From: Candidatus Hydrothermarchaeota archaeon
Lineage (GTDB): Archaea; CAYFZR01
NCBI GenBank assembly: GCA_046760505.1
Contig: JBHIEG010000012.1
Location: 1 to 62,910 of the forward strand
Direction: 5' to 3'
DNA length: 62,910 bases
Numbering within the stretch: position 1 is the stretch's first letter; every line of letters begins with the position of its first letter. Positions 47,181-57,595 of this stretch are shown piece after piece. The notes under the pieces are model-generated. The model was given only the letters and a program-made list of their open reading frames with translations. It was not told the DNA's origin and searched no databases. Made by a program: the position numbers and the translations under genes.

Positions 47181-47260
47181 GATTGAATTATTTTTCCCGA
47201 AAATAGACTTTTTCTACTTTCTCCTGCTCTAAATCTATCACTTCTCCATCCACTTTTTTA

Positions 47261-47395
47261 TCCGTTCTATTTTATAAGGGATTTAGAAAGAGTGTAATAA
47301 AATGTATAATATAATTTTGGACTAAAATTATCTTTACCGTCTCCGTTTCTTATAAGGGGGTGTAGAGAGGGGGTGATAAGGTAAGATAGTGTAAA
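47261..47395. repeat. Imperfect direct repeats flanking an AT-rich palindrome in a convergent intergenic region
   Basis: TCCGTT...TTATAAGGG...TAGARAG at 47261 and 47342; ATAATTTTGG-A-CTAAAATTAT at 47311-47331. Confidence 0.5.
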
Positions 47396-47423
47396 TTCAG
47401 TATAAAATAATGTAGAACACCTT

Positions 47424-48233
47424 CTAACCGAATAAAAAGGCAATTACTGCGATTATCATTCCTAATTTAAGATAACTAGATACTTTTCCAGCGGTCTCTG
47501 GTCCACCTGTTAACAATATTAGAATAGAATAGAGGAAAACTAAATCGGCGATAAAGACCAAAATCAGGTATCTTATCCCAAATATATTCAAGAAGTAGGG
47601 TAGCGGACTAAGCAAAACCGAAAAGGCTAAAAAGAGAGAAGCGATCAGCGATGTCTTCTCCTCTCCTATGAGCAGAGGCAAAGTACTTGCAAAGCATCTA
47701 TCTCCATGGATGTCTTCTATATCTTTTATTAGTTCCCTGCTTAATGTGGAGAAAAAAGCGAGCAAGGAGAGTATGAAAGGAACTGTAAATTTTTCTACGC
47801 TTGCTCCTCCAAATATTAAGGTAGAGGCTCCCAGATAACTGATGCTTAAGTTTCCGATGAATCCTTTTCTTTTTAATTTGTATGAGTAAAATATCAGGAG
47901 AGCAGAATTGAAAACCGCGATTATAATGCAGATAAAAGTTAACTTCAAACTAATTCCTATCCCTGCTAGGAAGAGTAAAATAGCAAGCATCAATGCATGT
48001 TTCTCTTTTATTTCCCCAGATGGTATTGGTCTCTCTGGATTGTTTATTTTATCTATTTCAATGTCAAAATAATCGTTAATTGTATTTCCCGCACCGGTTA
48101 TCAAAAATGCGACTGAGAAAGCAATTGTCATGGTAACCGTATCCAGTTTGCCTGTTATTATTATTCCAATAACAACCAATGTTCCTGCTAAAAAACAATT
48201 CAGAGGCCTTATTATCCTAATATATCCTTGCAT
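47424..48233 (-). CDS. Digeranylgeranylglyceryl phosphate synthase (UbiA family)
   Basis: IIRP.N, GN.INDYFDIEIDKIN.P.RPIPSG, YS..LK..G..GN and RELIKDIED..GD motifs. Confidence 0.9.
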   Translation of the reverse strand: MQGYIRIIRPLNCFLAGTLVVIGIIITGKLDTVTMTIAFSVAFLITGAGNTINDYFDIEIDKINNPERPIPSGEIKEKHALMLAILLFLAGIGISLKLTFICIIIAVFNSALLIFYSYKLKRKGFIGNLSISYLGASTLIFGGASVEKFTVPFILSLLAFFSTLSRELIKDIEDIHGDRCFASTLPLLIGEEKTSLIASLFLAFSVLLSPLPYFLNIFGIRYLILVFIADLVFLYSILILLTGGPETAGKVSSYLKLGMIIAVIAFLFG

Positions 48234-48237
48234 GAAA

Positions 48238-50085
48238 TCACACAAAGAATTTTCTTATCTCATACCCAATGTCTCTCGCTGGAGAAATCATGAACCATTC
48301 AGGAAGATGGGTTCTAAGGTTTCTGACCCTTTTATCCAAAATTACAACGATTCCTCTATCTTCATCAGACCTTATCAATCTACCTGCACTCTGCAATAAT
48401 CTTTGAATCGCTGGAGTAGTGTAAGCGTAAAGAAATCCTCTTCCGTTAAATTTTCTATTCAGATATCTCTCAAGTGCTTGCTGACTTATCGTGGGTCTAG
48501 GATAAGGTATTCCCACTATGATAGTACATATCAACTCCTCTCCTGGAAAATCCAGCCCCTCTGATATTCTTCCTCCCATAACTGCCAGTAATACTGAATT
48601 TTTGTTTTCCTTAAAATCTTCGATCAATTTCACCAGTTCTATTTGGCTAAGTCCTTGCTCCTCTATGTATATTCTCTTTTCTATTTCATCAAAAATTTTG
48701 TAACTCATCAATCTGTTCATAAGTTCAAAACTAGGGAAGAAAACTATAATATTTCCAGGAACAGAATTGCATGCATCTCTGATATTCTTTGCCAAGAGCC
48801 TGTACAAATTTGGATTTTTCCTTAGATCTTTGAATCTCGTTGTTACATTGAGAGAGTATATGATCTTTCTATTCTCTGGAGGAAATGGAGAGGGGAAACT
48901 TTTCATTACTGAATCTTCGTTTAAACCTACAAGATCTCTGTATGCTATCAAGGGAGTTAGTGTACCAGACATGCTAATTGAAGAAAAAACCTTTTCAAAA
49001 ACATCTTTCGTGGATAAACTTGCATCTAAACAGTTTATTTCTAGTACAGGGTATTCATCCTTCCTATACATCTTTATGAAATCCTCTCTATTGACGAGAA
49101 GCCAGTCCTGAATAAAACTGCCAATAGAGTAAATATAGGATATTGGTGGATCGCCTCTTTCTTCTTTAGCATCCTTTATGTATTCTCCTTCTGAAACAAG
49201 TATCTCAGATATTTCTAAAAGTTCTTCCAGGGATATTCCTAGGGTCTCGCAGAAAATATTTTCGTATTCATTTTTAAGGAGAATTTCATCCTCTTCAAAC
49301 TCATGCATTACATCCCCAAGATGATTGAAAAATTCATCATGCGTTATTTCTCCATACAACGGTTCTTCCAACCCTTTTGACTCGTTCAAAGCTCTTCTAA
49401 TTCCCCAGATGCTCAGTCTTCTACTTAAAAGGTTTCTTGCAAAATCAGGAAGGTTATGCGCCTCATCAACAATTAATATTATGTCAGAAATTCTCTTCTC
49501 TGTCCATTTAAGCAGGAGTTTTCTTATACTTGGATCGAACATGTAGTGGTAAGGACCAACTACAACTCTTGCATTTGGCGCTAGTATTTTGTTCATCTCG
49601 TAAGGACATATCTTCAAATTCTGACAGGTCTCTACAAGTTCCTCTGCAGTAAAACACCTCAACTTTTTAGAGAGATCATCTTTTATAGTATCTTGCATGT
49701 TTTCATAGAACTCGCATGTATGATCTTTTTTCCTTTTTTTGCATAGTCTTGAGAGTTCTTCTGAGCCTAAAGTAATATCTTTAAAAAGGAGACACATGTG
49801 CTTTCTTCCCTGAAAGGCTATTGAAGTTATTTCGGCATTTTTTTTCTCTATAATTGCCTTTAATTCATCTATAACTTGCTTTTGCTGCGAGTTCGTCCTT
49901 GTAACGTATACTATGACCTTCTCATTTTCGATAGCATACTCAAGACAAGGAGCAAGAGCACATATAGTTTTGCCTGTTCCGGTTCCGGATTCAAGGATCA
50001 AATTACCTCCGTTTTTTAAGGTGCTCGATATGAGCTCCATTATTTCGACTTGGTATCTCCTAGGTTCGTATGGAAATAAATCCAA
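48238..50085 (-). CDS. xpd: XPD/Rad3-family Fe-S DNA helicase
   Basis: Q motif, GTGTGKT, four Cys (C..C..C..CPY), DEAHN, MSGT, SEG.DF and Q.AGRLIR motifs. Confidence 0.93.
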   Translation of the reverse strand: MDLFPYEPRRYQVEIMELISSTLKNGGNLILESGTGTGKTICALAPCLEYAIENEKVIVYVTRTNSQQKQVIDELKAIIEKKNAEITSIAFQGRKHMCLLFKDITLGSEELSRLCKKRKKDHTCEFYENMQDTIKDDLSKKLRCFTAEELVETCQNLKICPYEMNKILAPNARVVVGPYHYMFDPSIRKLLLKWTEKRISDIILIVDEAHNLPDFARNLLSRRLSIWGIRRALNESKGLEEPLYGEITHDEFFNHLGDVMHEFEEDEILLKNEYENIFCETLGISLEELLEISEILVSEGEYIKDAKEERGDPPISYIYSIGSFIQDWLLVNREDFIKMYRKDEYPVLEINCLDASLSTKDVFEKVFSSISMSGTLTPLIAYRDLVGLNEDSVMKSFPSPFPPENRKIIYSLNVTTRFKDLRKNPNLYRLLAKNIRDACNSVPGNIIVFFPSFELMNRLMSYKIFDEIEKRIYIEEQGLSQIELVKLIEDFKENKNSVLLAVMGGRISEGLDFPGEELICTIIVGIPYPRPTISQQALERYLNRKFNGRGFLYAYTTPAIQRLLQSAGRLIRSDEDRGIVVILDKRVRNLRTHLPEWFMISPARDIGYEIRKFFV

Positions 50086-50270
50086 GTTACCACCTATATT
50101 ATCAGTATACTATCAGATGTTTAACACATCAAATCCCCAATCTATCAAAGTTAAATATAGAGTTAATGAAATAGATGTTTAACTCTGATTTTAGTTCTTT
50201 CCTTACAATTTTTATTTTTCGTAAAAAATTTTAAATACGAAAAAAGAGGAGAGAGAAAAAAGGTTTGGGG

Positions 50271-51407
50271 ATGGAGCAAAGAATATTCGCTGTTTTGTTT
50301 CTAACCGTATTTGCAGCCATGCTTGGCGTTGCCATAATAGGACCTCTCATGCCAATTTATTCCAAAAGTTTGGGTGCAACAGGAATTTGGCTTGGTGTAA
50401 TATTCGCCATGTTTCCGATAGCAAGGACTATTTTTATGCCCATAATCGGGAAACATTCTGATAAGAAAGGGAGAAAGCGCTACATATGGATGGGTCTTTT
50501 TGCCTACTTCATAATGTCTCTCGGATATGCTTGGTCTCAAAATGTCTATGAGTTAACAATAGTGAGGTTCTTGCATGGTGTTGCATCAGCCATGGTCCTT
50601 CCAATTGCCATGGCGTACGTAGCAGAGATAGCGCCAAAGGGCAAGGAAGGTCAGCACATGGGTACATTCAACATGTCTCTGCTTTTAGGCTTGGCCATTG
50701 GTCCCCTAATAGGCGGCTTGCTTACCGAAAAATTTGGTATTTCTTCTTCATTTTACTTGATGGGTTTTTTGGCAGGAATCGCAATGATAATGGTCTTGAT
50801 ATCACTTCCTGACCATAATCCCTCGGTAAAGAGAGAATATGATGTTTCATTTAAAGATATGCTCAAAGATAAAAGAATGCGGGGAATATTCACCTTTAGA
50901 ACTGTCAATGCATTTGGAACGGGAGCAGTTTTCGTATTTCTTCCAATATTCGCGATAGGCGTTCACGTGAGTATCTCGCAAATAGGTTTTTTACTGTCTT
51001 TGGTTTATTTATTGATGACCGTATTGCAAAGACCTTCCGGAAAGTTGGCTGATAAATTCGATAAGGCAGGAATAATCCTTTTTGGGAGTCTAGGATTATC
51101 TACTGCTATCATTTTTGTTCCAAAATCCCATGGTTTTCTAGGTCTGCTAAGTATTAGCTTATTGATGGCTCTGTTCGGATCTCTTTCATTGCCTGCGGCC
51201 ACTGCTTTCGTTTCTGAACTGGGTAGAATCCATGGAATGGGCGCCACAATGGGAATATTCAACGTAGCCATGAGTGTTGGTTTTGCTACAGGTCCTCTGG
51301 TATCAGGAGCGATCATGGATATTTTAGGTCTACCCTATGTCTTTTACTTCGGCGGTGCACTGGGAGTACTCGGTAGCATCGTTTTTTACTGGATGGTTAA
51401 ATCTTAA
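50271..51407 (+). CDS. MFS transporter (DHA1-like)
   Basis: About 12 TM segments; GKHSDKKGRK motif A, RFLHG and GPLIGG. Confidence 0.92.
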   Translation: MEQRIFAVLFLTVFAAMLGVAIIGPLMPIYSKSLGATGIWLGVIFAMFPIARTIFMPIIGKHSDKKGRKRYIWMGLFAYFIMSLGYAWSQNVYELTIVRFLHGVASAMVLPIAMAYVAEIAPKGKEGQHMGTFNMSLLLGLAIGPLIGGLLTEKFGISSSFYLMGFLAGIAMIMVLISLPDHNPSVKREYDVSFKDMLKDKRMRGIFTFRTVNAFGTGAVFVFLPIFAIGVHVSISQIGFLLSLVYLLMTVLQRPSGKLADKFDKAGIILFGSLGLSTAIIFVPKSHGFLGLLSISLLMALFGSLSLPAATAFVSELGRIHGMGATMGIFNVAMSVGFATGPLVSGAIMDILGLPYVFYFGGALGVLGSIVFYWMVKS

Positions 51408-51478
51408 TTCCAGATAAAAATGCCAATAAAGTCTTATCTAATAAAATTTTTATAAGAAAAGATTTTAAAAGAAATTCC

Positions 51479-52297
51479 ATGTCAGTTGAACTTGTTTTTC
51501 TGGGTACAGGAGGAGGAAGATTCGCCACAATAACTCAGAGAAGAATGACCGGAGGTATTTTGCTAAATTGCGAAAAAAGAATACACATTGATCCTGGTCC
51601 TGGAGCCCTTATAAGAGCCATACAGTTTGGATACAATCCCATAGGGATAGATGGGATAATCGTTTCTCATTGTCATCCAGATCACTACACGGATGCTGAA
51701 GTTATGATAGAGGCAATGACAAGAGGCATGACTAAGAGGCACGGCTTTTTAATCGGATCTAAAAGCGTTATCGAAGGATACAAAAATTTTGGACCCTCTA
51801 TATCAAAGTATCACCAGAAACAGGTTGAAGAAATATATACTGTCGAGCCAGACCAGACCCTGGATTTAGGTAACATGACCATAGAGGTTACCCCTACCAT
51901 TCACAGTGATCCTTCAGGAGTGGGTTTTAAATTCTTTACCGAAAATGGTATTATATCCTACATTGGAGATACGGAGTACTTCGATGATATATCAAAATAT
52001 CACGAAGGTGCCCGTGTATTGATAGTTCCAAACACAAGACCTTCCAATGATAGAATAAAATATCATCTCTGTAGCGAGGACACAATCAAATTGTTAAGGG
52101 AAATAAAGCCAGAAAAAGCGTTTTTAATCCATCTGGGAATGAAGATAATGGATATTGCTAGTAAGGAGGCAAAAATCATAACCGAGAAGAGCGGCGTTGA
52201 AACAATAGCCCCAAACGACGGGGCTAAGATCTCTGTAGAGGAAGTGATTAAGGTAGATGCCTCAAGACAGGGCAGCTTGGATTCATTCTTAAGGTGA
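51479..52297 (+). CDS. Metallo-beta-lactamase-fold hydrolase with C-terminal PIP-like motif
   Basis: [26 protein letters not shown] and HL motifs; ends QGSLDSFLR. Confidence 0.88.
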   Translation: MSVELVFLGTGGGRFATITQRRMTGGILLNCEKRIHIDPGPGALIRAIQFGYNPIGIDGIIVSHCHPDHYTDAEVMIEAMTRGMTKRHGFLIGSKSVIEGYKNFGPSISKYHQKQVEEIYTVEPDQTLDLGNMTIEVTPTIHSDPSGVGFKFFTENGIISYIGDTEYFDDISKYHEGARVLIVPNTRPSNDRIKYHLCSEDTIKLLREIKPEKAFLIHLGMKIMDIASKEAKIITEKSGVETIAPNDGAKISVEEVIKVDASRQGSLDSFLR

Positions 52298-52301
52298 GCG
52301 T

Positions 52302-54935
52302 ATGGAGATTCCCAAAAACTATCATCCAAAAGAAGTAGAAGAAAAATGGCAGAAGGAATGGGAAAAATCTAATATTTACAGATTTAAGCCAAGTTTAACG
52401 CCAAAATACTTTATAGATACACCTCCTCCATATCCCACTGGAGAACTGCATCTAGGTCACACACTCAACTGGGTGTATATAGACTTAGTAGCGAGATATA
52501 AGCGTATGAGGGGCTATAACGTATTGTTTCCTCAGGGATGGGATTGTCATGGCTTACCTACTGAAGTAAAGGTAGAGGAAACCTATGGAATAAGGAAGAG
52601 AGATATCCCAAGAGGTGAATTTAGAAATCTTTGCGTAAAATTCACCAAAGAGAACATAGCAAAGATGAAAGATCAGATGAAGAAACTTGGTCTTTCCATA
52701 GACTGGAACTACGAGTACATAACCATGAATCCGGAGTATGTAAAAAAGAGTCAGCTTTCTTTTATTAAATTATACAAAAAGGGTCTTATTTACCGTGGTA
52801 ATCATCCAGTAAACTGGTGTCCAAGGTGTGAGACCGCAATTGCTTATGCAGAAGTGGAATACGAAGAAAAAGAAGGTTTTTTAAGCTATATAAGATTTTT
52901 AAAAGAAAATGGAGAGTACGTCACAATCGCCACAACAAGACCAGAATTGCTCTCTTCTTGCGTTGCAGTGGCCGTAAATCCACTTGATGAAAGATACAAG
53001 GAATTAGTGGGTAAAAATCTAATAGTACCCAAGTTTGGGCATAAAGTAAGGGTAATAGAGGATGAAGACGTGGATCCAGATTTCGGTACTGGAATAGTTA
53101 TGATATGTACCTTCGGAGACAAGGCGGATGTTAGATGGGTGAAGAGGCATAAACTTGAGGTGATAATGTCTATAGACGAGCAGGGAAGAATGACTCAACA
53201 AGCAAAGGAATATCAGGGAATGAGTATTGAGGAGTGTAAGAAAAAAATCATAGAGGATTTAGAAAATATGGGTCTTTTGGAAAGAAAAGAGAAAATACAG
53301 CAAAGCGTCGGAGTTTGCTGGAGATGTAAAACTCCTGTAGAGATATTAGCAAGGGAGCAATGGTTTGCCAATATCTCTAAACTCAAGAAAAGGATGATAG
53401 AAATTACGAATTCTGTAATCTGGGTACCAGATCATATGCGGTACAGGCTTATTGAGTGGATAGAGTCAATGGAATGGGACTGGGTGATATCAAGGCAGAG
53501 AATATTTGCCACACCGATACCTGCGTGGCTTTGTAAAGACTGCGGCTACGTGCTGATCGCATTAGAGGAGAGCCTTCCCGTTGATCCCATTCAAGATAAG
53601 CCCCATATAGAAAGTTGTCCAAACTGCAACTCAAAGTTGGTTCCTGATGAAGATGTTCTTGATACTTGGTGGGACTCATCCCAGAGTGCGTTAAATGTTG
53701 CTGGATGGCCTGAAATTGATGAAAAATTCAAAATTTTATATCCTGCGGATTTACAACCAAACGGACACGATATAATAAGGACTTGGGATTTCTACCTGAT
53801 GTGGAAGAGCATTGCATTGCTTGACATGACACAGTACGAGACCGTGCTTATCAACGGCATGATATACGGAGAAGATGGAAGAAAGATGTCTAAGAGCAGG
53901 GGAAATATAGTGCTTCCAGATGACATAATGAATGAAATGGGAGCAGACGTAGTCAGGCACTGGGCATCTAATAGCATTCCTGGCTCTGATATACAGTTCA
54001 TGTGGAAAGATGCTCACTATGCCTTTCGTTTTCTACAAAAGATGTGGAACGTGTTTAGATTTGCCTTGTTACACCTAAAAGACTACGCACCCAGAGAAAA
54101 TGTACATTACAGAACCGTTGATAAATGGATACTACACCAGATGAACTTGCTCATAAAAAAAGTTACAGAAGAGATGGAGTCCTTCAGATTCGGTCCAGCG
54201 TTACAAGAGATTGTAAAATTTGCCTGGCATGTATTCGCCGACCATTACATCGAGATGATAAAGTACAGGCTATATTCTGAGAACGAGTACAAGACCTCGG
54301 CACAGAATACCCTGTACTTAGTTTTGATAAATATTCTCAAACTATTATCTCCATTTATCCCTCATTTTACGGAAGAGGTATATCATCACCTCCCGAATAC
54401 AAAAGGGTACATACATGAAGAGAAATGGCCTGAATACGAAGAAATAGATGAAAAGATCATCGAAGAAGGGAACATGATAAAAGAAGTAATTGCTTCTCTG
54501 AGAAGATACAAATCAGAAAATGGAATACCCCTAAACATGGCTCTAAAAAAAGCAACCGTCTTTACAAAAAATGAGAGTTACCATGACATAATATCAAAGA
54601 GCGCTCAAGACATTGTGGGAACGATAAAAATAAAAGAATTCTCCGTGATATTGGGAGAACCACGTTTTGAGATTTTTCCCAAAGAAGTAAATCCGGTGAT
54701 ATCAAAAATTGGTCCTAAATACAAGGGAAAGACAAAAGAAATCATTGATCACATAAAAAGAATGGATCCAATTTTCATAAAGAATGAAATAGACAAAAAG
54801 GGTTATGTGGAGATTTCAGGCGAAAAAATCACTCCTGATCTCTTAGAATTCGATATGAAAAAGAGAACAAAGGAAGAAGATTTAGAAGAAGTAGAGTGCG
54901 ATGTGAAAGATCTACTAGTCTACGTGGAAAGATAA
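52302..54935 (+). CDS. valS: Valine--tRNA ligase
   Basis: DTPPP..TG.LHLGH (HIGH), [20 protein letters not shown] and KMSKS motifs. Confidence 0.97.
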   Translation: MEIPKNYHPKEVEEKWQKEWEKSNIYRFKPSLTPKYFIDTPPPYPTGELHLGHTLNWVYIDLVARYKRMRGYNVLFPQGWDCHGLPTEVKVEETYGIRKRDIPRGEFRNLCVKFTKENIAKMKDQMKKLGLSIDWNYEYITMNPEYVKKSQLSFIKLYKKGLIYRGNHPVNWCPRCETAIAYAEVEYEEKEGFLSYIRFLKENGEYVTIATTRPELLSSCVAVAVNPLDERYKELVGKNLIVPKFGHKVRVIEDEDVDPDFGTGIVMICTFGDKADVRWVKRHKLEVIMSIDEQGRMTQQAKEYQGMSIEECKKKIIEDLENMGLLERKEKIQQSVGVCWRCKTPVEILAREQWFANISKLKKRMIEITNSVIWVPDHMRYRLIEWIESMEWDWVISRQRIFATPIPAWLCKDCGYVLIALEESLPVDPIQDKPHIESCPNCNSKLVPDEDVLDTWWDSSQSALNVAGWPEIDEKFKILYPADLQPNGHDIIRTWDFYLMWKSIALLDMTQYETVLINGMIYGEDGRKMSKSRGNIVLPDDIMNEMGADVVRHWASNSIPGSDIQFMWKDAHYAFRFLQKMWNVFRFALLHLKDYAPRENVHYRTVDKWILHQMNLLIKKVTEEMESFRFGPALQEIVKFAWHVFADHYIEMIKYRLYSENEYKTSAQNTLYLVLINILKLLSPFIPHFTEEVYHHLPNTKGYIHEEKWPEYEEIDEKIIEEGNMIKEVIASLRRYKSENGIPLNMALKKATVFTKNESYHDIISKSAQDIVGTIKIKEFSVILGEPRFEIFPKEVNPVISKIGPKYKGKTKEIIDHIKRMDPIFIKNEIDKKGYVEISGEKITPDLLEFDMKKRTKEEDLEEVECDVKDLLVYVER

Positions 54936-54938
54936 AGA

Positions 54939-55880
54939 CTAGAGTTTTTTCGTTTTACTTAAAATCTCCCTTATAAAATCATCCTTCTTGTCAGTAGGGA
55001 TAGTTGCACCAGCCGCTTCAGCATGTCCTCCACCAGAGCCCTTTACTTTCTTCGCAACCTGTTGTATAAGCAGTCCAAGGTTGAGATCTGAGTTGAGTGG
55101 TCTTCTTGCGCTAACTCTAAAGGTATTTTTTTCTTTCCTCATTGCGAAAGCAATTTTTCCTGTAAGTCCACTTGCAAATGTGGCTGCTTTTCCTAAATAT
55201 CCTTCATAAGGTATTTCGACAAAAACAGATGAGTTAAATTCTTCTAATTTTTCTCTAACCATCTCATAAACAGATTCTTCAAACTTACTTGCCTTTATCG
55301 CTCTATCCACCACGCCTTCGATGTCTCTGGGGTGTTCTCCCTGAGATAGTCTCAGTATCAATTCCAATCTGAATTTCTTGTCCTTTGCATCGTAGGCAAG
55401 GGCTTGAGTAAGTAGGCAAGCATCCATGTAAATCAATCTCTTATCGTACCTAGATACTATCTCTGACACAAGCTTGGTATCATCCATGTAGTCTCCTACT
55501 GCACCATATACAACCAATCTCTCTAATTTTTGATTAGGAAAGGCTTTGAATGCTATTTCCGTGGTGCAGGCATCGATTTCATGGAGCACATTACCTGCAA
55601 TATCATCTTTCGATATTCCAATCAACTGGTGATGATCTATGTATATAACTTCGGCTTCCCTGCTTATCTGGCGAAGTAAATTCAATACTTCATTCCTTAT
55701 AAGATAATCAATGGCTAAATCGCATATAACAAGTCTCCCATATCCCTTTATTAATACATTCTCCAATTCTTCATCCAGATGTCTGGGCTGGGTAAGCACG
55801 ATATCAGAATATGGATTCGCACTCACCACCAGAGAAGCAGCGCATATGCCATCTGCATCTGTATGAGATATGATTATCAT
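54939..55880 (-). CDS. DHH/DHHA1 family phosphoesterase
   Basis: HTDADG, DLA, IDHH, GD, SAR and GGGH..AAG motifs. Confidence 0.9.
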   Translation of the reverse strand: MIIISHTDADGICAASLVVSANPYSDIVLTQPRHLDEELENVLIKGYGRLVICDLAIDYLIRNEVLNLLRQISREAEVIYIDHHQLIGISKDDIAGNVLHEIDACTTEIAFKAFPNQKLERLVVYGAVGDYMDDTKLVSEIVSRYDKRLIYMDACLLTQALAYDAKDKKFRLELILRLSQGEHPRDIEGVVDRAIKASKFEESVYEMVREKLEEFNSSVFVEIPYEGYLGKAATFASGLTGKIAFAMRKEKNTFRVSARRPLNSDLNLGLLIQQVAKKVKGSGGGHAEAAGATIPTDKKDDFIREILSKTKKL

Positions 55881-55915
55881 ATCCTGAAGATTTAATACCT
55901 ACCATTTAAATATTA

Positions 55916-56206
55916 GTGTCAAAAATCTGGGAGGTAGATTCCTTGGAAAGGAAAATCCCCTTCTTCATGGGAATACTTTTCATCCTGTTCATATTCATCT
56001 CTTTGATCTCTGGCTATGAAATGGTAAAGACAAGGAAGGAAATAAGAGAGATTAAAAAAAGCATAGATAAATTGGAAAAAAACGACCAAAGAACTTTAGA
56101 AGAAATTAAGGGGCTAAGCAAGAGTTGTTCAAAATGTCATTGCGTATGTGAGGAACTCATAAAACCTATTGAAAACGTGACGAAGAACCTAGGAGGTGAA
56201 GCCTGA
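55916..56206 (+). CDS. Small membrane-anchored coiled-coil protein with a CxxCH motif
   Basis: TM segment, K/E-rich helix and CSKCHCVC; stop abuts the next convergent gene. Confidence 0.6.
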   Translation: MSKIWEVDSLERKIPFFMGILFILFIFISLISGYEMVKTRKEIREIKKSIDKLEKNDQRTLEEIKGLSKSCSKCHCVCEELIKPIENVTKNLGGEA

Positions 56207-57595
56207 TTACCTGAACCTGTACCTGTATTTCTCCCTCCTCCTTACCGAATATAAGCCACTTTTTCTGGATTTTCTTTTGAATGTTATTAAAAAAAAGAAT
56301 ATCGCAGAAAATAGAATAGATACCATGATGAATTTTAAATTTCTTTCGCTTTTGGGCTTTTCTTCGTTTATCCTGTTTTTTTCATTTGTTTTATACTCCC
56401 TATTTCCATATTCTATTTTATATTCTTCTACTTTATGTTCTTCATCAATTTTAGGCTCAAATTCCTTTTCTGCTTCAGTAGGAGCCACACTGTATGTAAA
56501 GTTGACGATTTCTTTTATTATTCTACCATCGATTGCCCTGCACTCTATCTTTAGGTAACCGCTGTGATTGCCCGGTGGAGCATACCAACTCGTGTTGTAA
56601 CTTTTTATTTCATCTGGTGCTAGAATTGTGCTCCAGTTGCGATAAAATTCATGTGTATTCAGAACTACTTTGGCTTCTTCAATAACAAAAGAATTCGGAT
56701 TTTTTATGTAAAACATGAGATAATTTGGCTTGCTTTCATTGACGGTTTTTTTTAAGTCATAATCAAACTCTATGCTAAATTTTTCGATCGACAAAGGCCT
56801 TCTCGCTAGCCATTTGAATACATTCAGGGCAAAACGCTCATTCTCATAAAGTTCCTTCTCATACCTATGCCTTAATTCTGCGACGTATAAGCAGGTATTT
56901 TCAAAAAGATATCCTCCTCCTATAACCATCACTCTTCCCACATCATCATAAATAGCCACGACAGGAAAAGGTCCATAATCCTCGTCTGGATCATGCAGGA
57001 AGTTATAAGAGGCACTTCCATTGTTTTCCAAATTATCTGCCCAACTTGATTCGCTTGTCCATGCAAGAATCTCTGCACTGCCACTTACATTCAGAGGAGA
57101 TCCACAGTCCAGTATAATTTTGTATAAGTCTCTTGTAAGTAAATGATCTGAAAAATTCTTTACCTCAACGATTACTTTTGGATCTAAAATGAGATTTGGC
57201 TTAATTCTGATTCCGTAGGGTTCTGTGATATCTCCATAGAGTTCAGGAGCCTTTCCAAAAGCGTCTGCTAAAACGAGTAAGCTTCCTCCATTTTCAACAA
57301 AATTTCTGATTGCATGGATTTCACTCTCATTAAAATTTATTCCAGCGCCGATACTAGGCAGAACCAATATGTCAAAATCCTTCAAGAGTTCTTCTGTAAT
57401 TGTTTCGCGGTTCTCAACTACGGTAAAGCCGTTTTTCTCTAAACTCTCAACCAATCTGGACATTCCGTACATGCTCGAGTCAATGGAATGCTGTCCATGA
57501 GAAGCATCTATCAGTACCTTTGTGGATACTGCAGGAAATACTATGAGTACGATTAAAACTATCAGGATTCTCAATGGTAACCCTCTCTCTGCCAT
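56207..57595 (-). CDS. Secreted/membrane-anchored DUF4350-like (GATase-like fold) protein with Ig-like domain
   Basis: Signal peptide, VLIDASHG, FVENGGSLL and N.RFALN.F.WL motifs, beta-rich domain, and C-terminal TM with basic tail. Confidence 0.75.
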   Translation of the reverse strand: MAERGLPLRILIVLIVLIVFPAVSTKVLIDASHGQHSIDSSMYGMSRLVESLEKNGFTVVENRETITEELLKDFDILVLPSIGAGINFNESEIHAIRNFVENGGSLLVLADAFGKAPELYGDITEPYGIRIKPNLILDPKVIVEVKNFSDHLLTRDLYKIILDCGSPLNVSGSAEILAWTSESSWADNLENNGSASYNFLHDPDEDYGPFPVVAIYDDVGRVMVIGGGYLFENTCLYVAELRHRYEKELYENERFALNVFKWLARRPLSIEKFSIEFDYDLKKTVNESKPNYLMFYIKNPNSFVIEEAKVVLNTHEFYRNWSTILAPDEIKSYNTSWYAPPGNHSGYLKIECRAIDGRIIKEIVNFTYSVAPTEAEKEFEPKIDEEHKVEEYKIEYGNREYKTNEKNRINEEKPKSERNLKFIMVSILFSAIFFFLITFKRKSRKSGLYSVRRREKYRYRFR

